A DNA stretch of 64,000 nt from Candidatus Bathyarchaeia archaeon (GTDB lineage Archaea > Thermoproteota > Bathyarchaeia > Bathyarchaeales > Bathycorpusculaceae). Of this stretch, positions 12,400-20,757 are shown one piece after another. Within the stretch, counting starts at the first letter, position 1, and every line of letters starts with the position of its first letter. The position numbers were made by a program, and so were the translations under genes. The stretch spans positions 1-64,000 of the forward strand of contig JBEKTQ010000002.1 of assembly GCA_049515895.1 (NCBI GenBank), written 5' to 3'. The notes beneath the pieces are model-generated. The model worked only from the letters and a program-made list of their open reading frames with translations, was not told the DNA's origin and did no database searches.

Positions 12400-13146
12400 G
12401 TGGCTGACCCGCGAACAAGCGTGATTGATGAGCGTTTAAGCCGAACAAGGCGAATCATCGCTGTTTCAAGTGGTAAGGGCGGAGTTGGAAAAAGCATGGT
12501 TGCAACTGCGCTTGCGTTAACTCTAGTGCGCAGTGGCTGCAGAGTCGGTTTATTCGACCTCGACTTCACGGGCCCCTCAACCCACATAATCCTCGGCGCA
12601 CAAAAAGTCCAGTTAGAAGAAGAAAAAGGCATAGTTCCCCCGACAGTCCACGGCTTACAGTACATGTCTCTTATCTACTTTGTAGGTGACAAACCCGCAC
12701 CTCTCCGCGGAGCCGACGTTTCAAACGCCCTAATCGAGTTGCTCTCCGTTACTCAGTGGGGTACGCTTGACTACTTAGTTATTGACATGCCGCCAGGAAT
12801 CAGCGACGCAGTCCTTGATTTGGTGCGGCTCATAAAACGCATAGAATTCCTCATAGTGACCACGCCTTCCATGCTGGCTTTTGAAACCGTAAAGAAGCAA
12901 GCTAACCTCCTACGCGAGTTAAAGATGCCCATTATTGGTGTGGTGGAAAACATGATGATGGACAAGGCAGATTGCGTTCAGATTGAAACGGAAAAGCTTG
13001 GTCTTAGATACCTCGGCACGATCCCCTTTGACCCGCAAGTAGAAAACGCAATCGGTCACGAAACGAAACTACTTGGAACCTCAGTTGGAAAAGTAATTGG
13101 AGAAGTTACAAGAAACGCCATTTTGGCGGAGAAAAGAGAGCAGTAA
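12400..13146 (+). CDS. Mrp/MinD-family ATPase, likely ATPase-type HypB
   Basis: SGKGGVGKS, DLDF.GPS, IDMPPG, VVENM with no CxxC Fe-S motif; 2 nt after hypA. Confidence 0.8.
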   Translation: MADPRTSVIDERLSRTRRIIAVSSGKGGVGKSMVATALALTLVRSGCRVGLFDLDFTGPSTHIILGAQKVQLEEEKGIVPPTVHGLQYMSLIYFVGDKPAPLRGADVSNALIELLSVTQWGTLDYLVIDMPPGISDAVLDLVRLIKRIEFLIVTTPSMLAFETVKKQANLLRELKMPIIGVVENMMMDKADCVQIETEKLGLRYLGTIPFDPQVENAIGHETKLLGTSVGKVIGEVTRNAILAEKREQ

Positions 13147-13148
13147 AG

Positions 13149-13883
13149 ATGGCTGGCATTAAAACTGTTATATTCGATTACGTCGGGACGCTCGTTAACT
13201 GCAAAGGATACAGCATGGAAGCATCGAGGCAAAAACTTTACAGGGCGTTGGTGAATGAGGGCTTCAACGCTGAAGAAGATAGGTTTGTGCAAGCTTACAC
13301 ATTGGCGCATGAGAAATACCGCAAGGTACGCTATGAACGGCTAAGAGAAGTAACTAACGCGGTCTGGGTAGCCGAAGCTCTCAGCAACCTCGGGTTTCAA
13401 GTGACCCGTGATGACGACCGAGTTAAAGCTGCCCTCAACATTTTCTTCCAAGACTTCATAGATTCACTCGAGTTAAGGAAAGACGCAAAAAAACTAATTA
13501 AAAAAGCACAAGCCAAATGCAAAGTCGGCTTAATAACAAACTTCACCTACGCTCCAGTTATCTACAAAAGCCTGCGGCACCTGGGAATAAACCTGTTCTT
13601 CAACGCCATAGTGGTTTCGGATGAGAACGGCTGGCGCAAACCCAGCAGCCACATTTTCCAAGAATCTCTCAAAAAGCTCAAAGCCCAAGCCAACGAAGCA
13701 ATTTACATCGGCGACACTCCAATCGAAGACATCAAAGGCGCCAAAGAAGCAGGACTAAAAACAGTTTTTGTTCCATCACAATTTAACACGTTGAAAGACC
13801 TTTCAGATAGCCAGCAGAAACCTGACTACATAACAAAAGACCTCAGCTCAGTTTTAGAACTACTAAATGAAATTACCAACTAA
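13149..13883 (+). CDS. HAD-superfamily hydrolase
   Basis: FDYVGTL, ITN, RKP, IGDTPIEDIKGA. Confidence 0.88.
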   Translation: MAGIKTVIFDYVGTLVNCKGYSMEASRQKLYRALVNEGFNAEEDRFVQAYTLAHEKYRKVRYERLREVTNAVWVAEALSNLGFQVTRDDDRVKAALNIFFQDFIDSLELRKDAKKLIKKAQAKCKVGLITNFTYAPVIYKSLRHLGINLFFNAIVVSDENGWRKPSSHIFQESLKKLKAQANEAIYIGDTPIEDIKGAKEAGLKTVFVPSQFNTLKDLSDSQQKPDYITKDLSSVLELLNEITN

Positions 13884-13921
13884 CAAATGACATAAGTCGG
13901 TTTTAAAAGAAAAAAAAGAAA

Positions 13922-15163
13922 TTAGATTTTTCTGGTTTTTGTGGCTGTTTCTAACGCGACTACGCCTGGGAGTTTTTTGCCCATGAGGAACTCGATGAGT
14001 GCTCCGCCTGCGGTGCTTATGTAGCCGATTTTTTTGGTTAATCCATATTCTTGTATCGCTGAGATAGTGTTTCCGCCGCCTGCTAAGCTGAAGCCTTTGC
14101 TGTTTGCGATGGCTTCGAAGACGCCTTTGGTGCCGTAGTTGAATTCTTTGTTCTCGTAGACGCCCATCGGTCCTGAGACAACGATGGATTTGGCTTTGCT
14201 GATGAGTTCAGCGAATCTCTCAACGGTTTTCTTTCCGATGTCGAATATGCTGTTTTCAGTTGGAAGTTTGCTGACGGGGATTTCTTTGCGTTTGCCAGCT
14301 ACATCCAAGGCAACATCTTCGGGCAAGATGATTTTATCAGGGTACTTAGCGAGAAGTTCTTTTATGCCAGGCACAAATTGCGTCAGTTCTTTCTTTGCGA
14401 GAAAATCCATGGTTTTCTTGCCTAAGTTGACGCCTTTGGCTGCGAGGAACAACTGCGAAGTAACGCCTCCAACGAGTACATAGTCTGCAATACCGTTGTC
14501 CAAGACGTATTTGGAGATTTCAAGTGCGTCGTCTGCTTTGGCTCCACCCATAACGTAGACGCATGGGTGCTCGGGTTTCTCAAGCGACCTGTTCAGAGAC
14601 TTAAGTTCGCGCTCCATGATCCTGCCTGCTGCTGAAGGCAAAACGGCGGTGAAGCCAACCATCGAAACATGTCCCCGGTGTGCTGCGGCGAAAGCGTCGT
14701 TTACGAACAAGTCCGCAAGGGGGGCAAGATTCTGGACGAGCTCAGTTTTGCTTTGTTGCTCTGGCGTCCCGTTTTTAGTTTCTCCGTCCCATGAGCGGAC
14801 GTTTTCGAGAACCAGGATTTCGCCAGACTGCAGATTTTTGATGGCGGTTTTTGCTTTTTCGCCAAAGAGGTCGTCGACGTATTTTATTGGGCACTTGAGG
14901 ATTTTCTGAAGTATTGCTGCGTGTTCTTTGAGTGGTGTGTAGTCTGGGTCGCCTTTTCGTCCCTGATGGGCTAGAACTACGGTTTTGGCGCCTTTCTCTG
15001 CCAACTCTTTAAGCGTTGATTCTGCATGAGCTCTTATACGCACGTCGCTTGTAACTTTCTTGGTTGCAAGATCTATTTCTGAATTAAAGTCTACTCTGAC
15101 AAGAACAACCTTGTTTTTTACGTCAAAGTCATCAAGGGTTTTGTATTTTGCCATTTTCTTCAC
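13922..15163 (-). CDS. pgk: phosphoglycerate kinase (archaeal type)
   Basis: VRVDFN, AHQGR, LENVR, VNDAFAAAHR, GGAK, STAGGA. Confidence 0.96.
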   Translation of the reverse strand: MKKMAKYKTLDDFDVKNKVVLVRVDFNSEIDLATKKVTSDVRIRAHAESTLKELAEKGAKTVVLAHQGRKGDPDYTPLKEHAAILQKILKCPIKYVDDLFGEKAKTAIKNLQSGEILVLENVRSWDGETKNGTPEQQSKTELVQNLAPLADLFVNDAFAAAHRGHVSMVGFTAVLPSAAGRIMERELKSLNRSLEKPEHPCVYVMGGAKADDALEISKYVLDNGIADYVLVGGVTSQLFLAAKGVNLGKKTMDFLAKKELTQFVPGIKELLAKYPDKIILPEDVALDVAGKRKEIPVSKLPTENSIFDIGKKTVERFAELISKAKSIVVSGPMGVYENKEFNYGTKGVFEAIANSKGFSLAGGGNTISAIQEYGLTKKIGYISTAGGALIEFLMGKKLPGVVALETATKTRKI

Positions 15164-15239
15164 TTCTTTTGGTTACTTTTACATAATTTTTTTTGGCCCA
15201 AAAAGAAAGGGGTGGGAGGATTTTGGTTTGTTTGGGTGC

Positions 15240-16259
15240 TTAGAGTTTTGCTTTTTTGCCGATCATTTCGATGAATTCAACCATACGGTTGCTAAAGCCC
15301 CATTCGTTATCGTACCATGCAAAGACTTTAACGAAGTTGCTCTTTTCACCTAGAACCATAGTTAATTGTGCATCGAAGACTGCTGAGTAAGTGCTGTGAA
15401 GTACGTCGGTTGAAACTATTGGGTCTTCAGTATATTGCATGATGCCTTTAAGTGAACCTTCTGCGGCTTTCCTCATGGCTGCGTTGATTTCGTCTTTAGT
15501 GACTTCTTTGCTTAGTATGGCGGTCAAGTCAACAATAGATACGTCTGGCGTAGGCACACGCAAAGAATAGCCATTCATTTTTCCAGCGCAACTTGGCAAA
15601 ACTAATCCGATTGCTTTTGCTGCACCGGTGCTTGTTGGGATAATGTTGATTGCGGCTGCTCTTGCCCTTCTGGGGTCTTTGTGGACAAGGTCTTGGACTT
15701 TTTGGTCGTTTGTATAGCTGTGGCATGTAGTCATAAAGCCTTTTTCTAAGCCAAAGCTGTCGGCTAAAACCTTGCTGACTGGGGCTAGACAGTTTGTTGT
15801 GCATGAGGCATTGCTTAAGATATTGTGTTTTTCCGGGTCGTATGACTTGTCATTTACGCCTAACACAAATGTGGCATCTGGGTTTTCTGCTGGTGCGCTA
15901 ATCAGAACCTTTTTTGCACCTGCCTGAAAATGTTTGCTTGCGCCTTCACGGTTAGTGAACAAGCCGGTGGATTCCACTGCTAAGTAAACTCCAAGGTCTT
16001 TCCATGGCAGCGCTACTGGGTCTTTTACGCTGAGGCATTTTAGGGTTTTTCCGTTAACGACCATGTCATTGCCGCTGACTTCGATTGTGCCGGGAAAATG
16101 TCCGTGGATTGAGTCGTATTTGAGAAGGTGAGCATTCGTTTTGGCGTCTGCCAAGTCGTTGATTGCTACGAAATCAATTTTTGCGTTTCGCTCGAGTGCT
16201 GCGCGGTACAATAGTCTACCAATTCTTCCGAATCCGTTGATTCCTACTTTTATTGTCAT
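15240..16259 (-). CDS. gap: class I (bacterial-type) glyceraldehyde-3-phosphate dehydrogenase
   Basis: [45 protein letters not shown]; ATG 16259 after GGTGAT. Confidence 0.96.
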   Translation of the reverse strand: MTIKVGINGFGRIGRLLYRAALERNAKIDFVAINDLADAKTNAHLLKYDSIHGHFPGTIEVSGNDMVVNGKTLKCLSVKDPVALPWKDLGVYLAVESTGLFTNREGASKHFQAGAKKVLISAPAENPDATFVLGVNDKSYDPEKHNILSNASCTTNCLAPVSKVLADSFGLEKGFMTTCHSYTNDQKVQDLVHKDPRRARAAAINIIPTSTGAAKAIGLVLPSCAGKMNGYSLRVPTPDVSIVDLTAILSKEVTKDEINAAMRKAAEGSLKGIMQYTEDPIVSTDVLHSTYSAVFDAQLTMVLGEKSNFVKVFAWYDNEWGFSNRMVEFIEMIGKKAKL

Positions 16260-16459
16260 AATATCACCATTTCTTCCGTTTTTGTACAACCAACTTGACC
16301 CTTATTAGTTTTCCGACATAAAATTAAACGAACCTTTTAGGGGCAACAAGCTTGATGCCTAAAAAATAAATGCATGCTTAATTGCTGAATTGCCAAACAA
16401 AAACGTAATTCACGCGTGAAAGGCTTGGCTTTCTTTAGCGTTTAAAAAGAAATCTAAAA

Positions 16460-16855
16460 CTAGAAAAGGTCGCCTTCTTTAAAGTAATGGTTCTCCTCTT
16501 TCTTTGGGCCAAAGCTTCGCACCCCGTCACGTTTGAGCTTGCAACGCAGTTCCTCGGCATACTCATTGGTTATTTCGCCTTTTTTCTGCAAGTAAGAAAT
16601 TATTTCTTCTGCTTGTTTTTCGGTGTCACATCTGCGAATAAAATCTACAGCGCCAGGGTTGAAATGGCGAAGTTTATCGGGCGTGACAGTGTCGGCTTCG
16701 GATTCAACTTCTTCTTCTGCGCATTCAGCTATGTCAGCTTCAGCTTCCTCGGGGTTCTTTCGAAGAGCGTCTATCGAGATTTTGGCGTCTCCCGCTTCGA
16801 TCTCATTGTAGAGGTTTGGAAACATCTTCTTTAGATATTCTTTATCGATGGCCAT
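16460..16855 (-). CDS. DUF2095-family protein
   Basis: KKMFPNL..E, P..VDFIRRCDT..QA.EII.YL...GEI, GVRSFG.KK..HY. Confidence 0.8.
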   Translation of the reverse strand: MAIDKEYLKKMFPNLYNEIEAGDAKISIDALRKNPEEAEADIAECAEEEVESEADTVTPDKLRHFNPGAVDFIRRCDTEKQAEEIISYLQKKGEITNEYAEELRCKLKRDGVRSFGPKKEENHYFKEGDLF

Positions 16856-16939
16856 TGAGCATCATTTTGAATTTTGAAATATACATGCAATTTGGTTCTT
16901 TAAGTTCTTTGTTGATGTAAAATCAGAATTTAACAGGAA

Positions 16940-17548
16940 TCAAGATGGGATAAATCTTTGAGTCGGGTTGTCTCTTAGCAATCTTTCAAGGTTTTTGGTT
17001 TTTAAGCCCTTGATTTCGTCGCCGAAAATTTCGCATTTTCTTTTTTCCCCTTTTTCCTCTGTGGCGCGTATGACAATTTCAAGTCCATACTTCGCAGGAG
17101 TTTCAGCTTGCACATTAAGCGACGCCAAGGTTCGACCATGCTTGTTCACGGTTGTCCAAGCGGTTTTCAGAAGCCTTATTCCTTGGGCTTTAATGATGGT
17201 GACTATTTCCTGCGGGTCGTCCGAGTAAGCGGCAATATCTATGTCGCTTCCCCTGTGTATGGTACCTCGCCAAACACTGCCGATTAAAATGGGACAATAG
17301 GCATCAAGAAGCTTCATCACATTCAAGGCTTCCTTCCGCATCTCCACCAGGCGTTCCTTCCTATTTTCACCCTCGTTTTCCTCAGCAATTTTGTCCAGCT
17401 CAAGCGCCACTTCCAAGTTGGACGGCAAAAAATGTGTGCCCAACGTGTGTGCTGCTCTTGTCTTGGCTTGCTTATACTCTCTTTCAGCGCCAAAGTAAAG
17501 CTGAGTAGCTGCTTCCCTTGCAACTTTAGACTTTAATTCAGTGACCAA
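16940..17548 (-). CDS. nucleotidyltransferase-domain protein
   Basis: IGSVWRG...SDIDI Pol-beta motif; N-terminal helical REAA..Y..AK extension. Confidence 0.8.
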   Translation of the reverse strand: MVTELKSKVAREAATQLYFGAEREYKQAKTRAAHTLGTHFLPSNLEVALELDKIAEENEGENRKERLVEMRKEALNVMKLLDAYCPILIGSVWRGTIHRGSDIDIAAYSDDPQEIVTIIKAQGIRLLKTAWTTVNKHGRTLASLNVQAETPAKYGLEIVIRATEEKGEKRKCEIFGDEIKGLKTKNLERLLRDNPTQRFIPS

Positions 17549-17569
17549 TTAACTCGCCAAGCGCCGCTG

Positions 17570-18820
17570 TCAGCGTTTCGCAATTGTTTCGTATAGGTCG
17601 ATGGTTTTTTCAGCTATTTTGCTCCAAGTGAACTCTGCTAACACGCGTTTCCTGCCGTTTTTGCCAAGCATCTTTAGACGCTCAGGATTCTCAAGCGCGC
17701 TGATTACTCCCCACGCAATGTCTGAAGGGTTGTTTGGGTCCACGTGGAATCCGCATTGTTCTTCGCCGCAGCAGATGACGATTTCGCGCATTCCGCTGAC
17801 GCCTGCAGCGCCGACTACAACTGCCTTCTCCATGCTCATCGCCTCAAGAGCGACAATGCCGAAGGGTTCGTAGAAGCTGGGAAAGACGGCTATGTCGCAT
17901 GATGCGTAATGGACGATTCTTTCTTCTTCGGGGATGAAGTCGAAGCAGAACTTGACGTACTGGTCAAGCCGCATGGTTCTTGTCAGGTTCATCAGGTACT
18001 CTTGGAGGTCGCCTACGCCTACAATTACAAGTCTTGCGTTAGGAATCTTGGTCAGGATATGGGGTAAAGCCATGATGAGTTTGTCAACGCCTTTAACGCC
18101 GACGAGTCTGCCGAGGAAAAGAATCATCTGCTGGTCATCGCCGATGCCGTATTTGCTTCTGACCCGTTTAATGTCTGCTGCAGACACATTGGCAGGGCTG
18201 TATTTTTGGGGGTCCACACCGTTATAGCTCACCTGGATCTTGTCCCGTGGAAAACCAAGCTGTATAAGCTCATCCTTCATTGCGTAAGAAACCGTCACAA
18301 CCATATCAGCCATTTTGCCTGCACGCAACTCGATGTTGCTTACCACGCTTGAACCGTTACCTAAAGTGCGGCCTTTCTCGGTTGAATGAACATGGAAAGC
18401 CAGCGGCAAGCCTGTTTCTCTCTTAACCGTGATTCCACCCATGGCTGAAAGCCAGTCGTGAGCCACAACAATGTCATACTTCATGTTTTCTTTCTTGATT
18501 AACTCGTTGATGAGTTTAGCAGCTGACAAGTAATTGTAAACCATGAGTTTGCCAAAGAAATGCAAGCCTCTGCCCCACTTCTTGATGTCTTCAGCAATCA
18601 CGTCAGGCAGCGAATCAGAAATGTCAATGTGTAATGGGCGATGGATTTCTATTCCTCGCCAAATCTCTCTAGTAGGCAGGGAGCCAGCGTCATCATTCAT
18701 CGTGAAAACTGTTACATCATGATCGTCCAAAACAAACTTTCTTGTTATCTCAGCAGCGTAAGTTCCTAATCCGCCCACGATTTTAGGTGGGTACTCGTAA
18801 ACGAAGACTGCAATTTTCAT
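17570..18820 (-). CDS. glycosyltransferase family 4
   Basis: YEYPP..VGGLG, HDW, FLGRL..VKG, YEPFGIVALEAMS. Confidence 0.92.
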   Translation of the reverse strand: MKIAVFVYEYPPKIVGGLGTYAAEITRKFVLDDHDVTVFTMNDDAGSLPTREIWRGIEIHRPLHIDISDSLPDVIAEDIKKWGRGLHFFGKLMVYNYLSAAKLINELIKKENMKYDIVVAHDWLSAMGGITVKRETGLPLAFHVHSTEKGRTLGNGSSVVSNIELRAGKMADMVVTVSYAMKDELIQLGFPRDKIQVSYNGVDPQKYSPANVSAADIKRVRSKYGIGDDQQMILFLGRLVGVKGVDKLIMALPHILTKIPNARLVIVGVGDLQEYLMNLTRTMRLDQYVKFCFDFIPEEERIVHYASCDIAVFPSFYEPFGIVALEAMSMEKAVVVGAAGVSGMREIVICCGEEQCGFHVDPNNPSDIAWGVISALENPERLKMLGKNGRKRVLAEFTWSKIAEKTIDLYETIAKR

Positions 18821-18990
18821 CCTAACTTCACCATTTCACCAATAGGATGGGAATCTCGGTACTAAAGCTTTGCTTAGTCTCCGCAGGGAAAAGAGGGAAA
18901 CACCCAAAATGGATGCTTTGAAGAAGCTGCAGGGAAAACTTTGATTAGGACAGGTGCACATAGCACTAACTAAGTTAAAGGTGCTTTCAA

Positions 18991-19554
18991 ATGAGTTTGT
19001 CCCCTGTTAAAAAAGAAATACTGGAAACCCTGTCGCGTAACGGCAAAGCAGTGAAAGCAATGGACGTGGCGAAGGAAAGCGGTAAAAAGTTCCGGCCTGT
19101 GATGATGCATATTTTGGGGCTCGAACGCATGGGTTATGTAACCTCGCCTGAAAAGGGGCTGTATGCTATAACTCAGAAGGGAAAAGAAGCTCTCCAGATG
19201 CCTGAAATCAGCAAGGAAAAAGCTGAGGCGATTTTGGCTTATGCGCAGCATGACAAGGCGTTCCACTTCTACGCTGGCTTTGGGAAACCGCTCAACCTCC
19301 ATGCTCATAACCTTCGGGATTTCGCAAACAAAGTTCAAAAAGCCGACTTGGAGTCAGTACAGTTTCACATTACTCGCGGTGACTTCGAAGCCTGGATTAA
19401 CGGGCTTGGCGACGCGGACCTAGCGAAGAAAGTAGCTTCTTTAAAAGAGAAAAACATGGTTGGAGACGACCTTCGCAGCCAACTGCACCAGATCGTTGAG
19501 CAACGGTACATAGAGCTAGCTAAGTTGGCAGGTCAACCAGTCTATCCCGAGTAA
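18991..19554 (+). CDS. winged-helix + DUF5752-like domain protein, putative regulator
   Basis: N-terminal wHTH (HILGLERMGYV..GLYAITQKG); C-terminal AFHFY..NLRDF..FH..RGDFEAWI. Confidence 0.75.
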   Translation: MSLSPVKKEILETLSRNGKAVKAMDVAKESGKKFRPVMMHILGLERMGYVTSPEKGLYAITQKGKEALQMPEISKEKAEAILAYAQHDKAFHFYAGFGKPLNLHAHNLRDFANKVQKADLESVQFHITRGDFEAWINGLGDADLAKKVASLKEKNMVGDDLRSQLHQIVEQRYIELAKLAGQPVYPE

Positions 19555-19566
19555 ACCTTAGCTTCC

Positions 19567-19677
19567 TTAGGTTATCTCTATCGGCGCAAAGCGTTTCTCC
19601 AGTTTCTGCAGTACCTGCTGAATTGTAGTGTACTCCATATCTTTAGCGGATAGTCTCGCAGGTTCAAACTCGCCCAT
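19567..19677 (-). CDS. possible 36-aa small protein
   Basis: MGEFEPARLSAKDMEYTTIQQVLQKLEKRFAPIEIT after GAGGCGG; fills an intergenic gap; no recognised motif. Confidence 0.25.
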   Translation of the reverse strand: MGEFEPARLSAKDMEYTTIQQVLQKLEKRFAPIEIT

Positions 19678-19792
19678 CCGCCTCAGGATAATGCCGTTGT
19701 GGACCGGACATGGCCGAAATGGAAATTGAGGAAGCCAATGGAAAAAATGAAATATGCAAATGTCAATATGACTGCGGTGAGGGAGCGCTGCG

Positions 19793-20293
19793 TTGAGTGA
19801 AGTAAGGACAATTTCGGTGAAAATCCCTGAACAAGTCTACCAAGAAATGGCATTGCGCATTCCAGAAGGAGACAGAAGCATCTTTATCAGGGAAGCTATA
19901 AGTGAAAAACTTGAGAAAACCCCAAAGGCAGACAAGGTTTTAGCTTTAGAGGAGAAGATGGGCAAAATCGAGGAGGAATTGGGCCAAATCAAAAAGTACC
20001 TTGCAGACTTGGAGCTGCTGACGTTTCAGCACGGGAAAACCAACCCGCATTCCTTCTGCCTCGATGAAGTCGACCACAAAATCATGGAGTATCTTACGCA
20101 CTACAAGAGCGCAACCACGCCGGAGCTGGCGGAGTACTTGAAAACCAACAGGTGGCTCGTGCTGAACCGGCTGAGGCGAATCCAGAAAACATCAAGGAAA
20201 CAGGCGGGAAAATCTGTTATCGAGTACTACGCTGGGGAGCGGTCGGGCAAGAAGAAGGCGTGGTGGATAGATGAAGAATTGATTCAGGAATAA
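19793..20293 (+). CDS. ribbon-helix-helix / coiled-coil / winged-helix DNA-binding protein
   Basis: RTISVKIP..RSIFIREAI (RHH), heptad region, TTPELAEYL..NRWLVLNRL (HTH). Confidence 0.7.
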   Translation: MSEVRTISVKIPEQVYQEMALRIPEGDRSIFIREAISEKLEKTPKADKVLALEEKMGKIEEELGQIKKYLADLELLTFQHGKTNPHSFCLDEVDHKIMEYLTHYKSATTPELAEYLKTNRWLVLNRLRRIQKTSRKQAGKSVIEYYAGERSGKKKAWWIDEELIQE

Positions 20294-20338
20294 GTGGCTA
20301 AATTTAAATTAGCTGGATTGTTTCGTTTGTTGAAGTGT

Positions 20339-20417
20339 GGGCTCGTAGTCTAGCACGGATTAAGGCATCGGCCTCCGGAGCCGAGAATCCTGGGTTCAAA
20401 TCCCAGCGGGCCCGCCA
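20339..20417 (+). tRNA. tRNA-Arg(CCG), intronless, CCA encoded
   Basis: Acceptor GGGCTCG/CGGGCCC-G-CCA; anticodon arm TCGGC-CTCCGGA-GCCGA; T-arm CTGGG-TTCAAAT-CCCAG; TTTAAA box upstream. Confidence 0.96.
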
Positions 20418-20757
20418 GTTATTGCTCTTTTTTTCGCCCTTTCAAGAAAGTAACGAATGCAGAACTGACGAAGGCGACGATTAAAATTGAACGTGAGTTC
20501 GAAGAATCAACTTGATTTGTTTGGTTATCAAGAAAAAGCGATGGAGAATTAGCGACCTCAGAGAAAGGTTTGCTGAGGCTCTGGAAATTAAGGAAGAGAT
20601 TTCTTTTTAGGAGAAAAAAGAAAAATCGCATCACTGCAGCTATTCTGCCATTTCGTGACGTTAACCAGAGCCTTCTCAGCCATTTCTCTTTTTCATCTCA
20701 TCTCATGTTTTTAGGGGACTAAAAAAGGGGAGAGGATTGGGGTTTTGACTTTTTAGC

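Noticed and set aside
16940-17548. Nucleotidyltransferase as an MNT-HEPN toxin-antitoxin or CBASS component
   Set aside because: No HEPN or effector neighbour; sits among housekeeping genes
20419-20634. 71-aa ORF just after the tRNA as an integrase remnant
   Set aside because: No recombinase motifs; low-complexity Phe/Ser-rich translation
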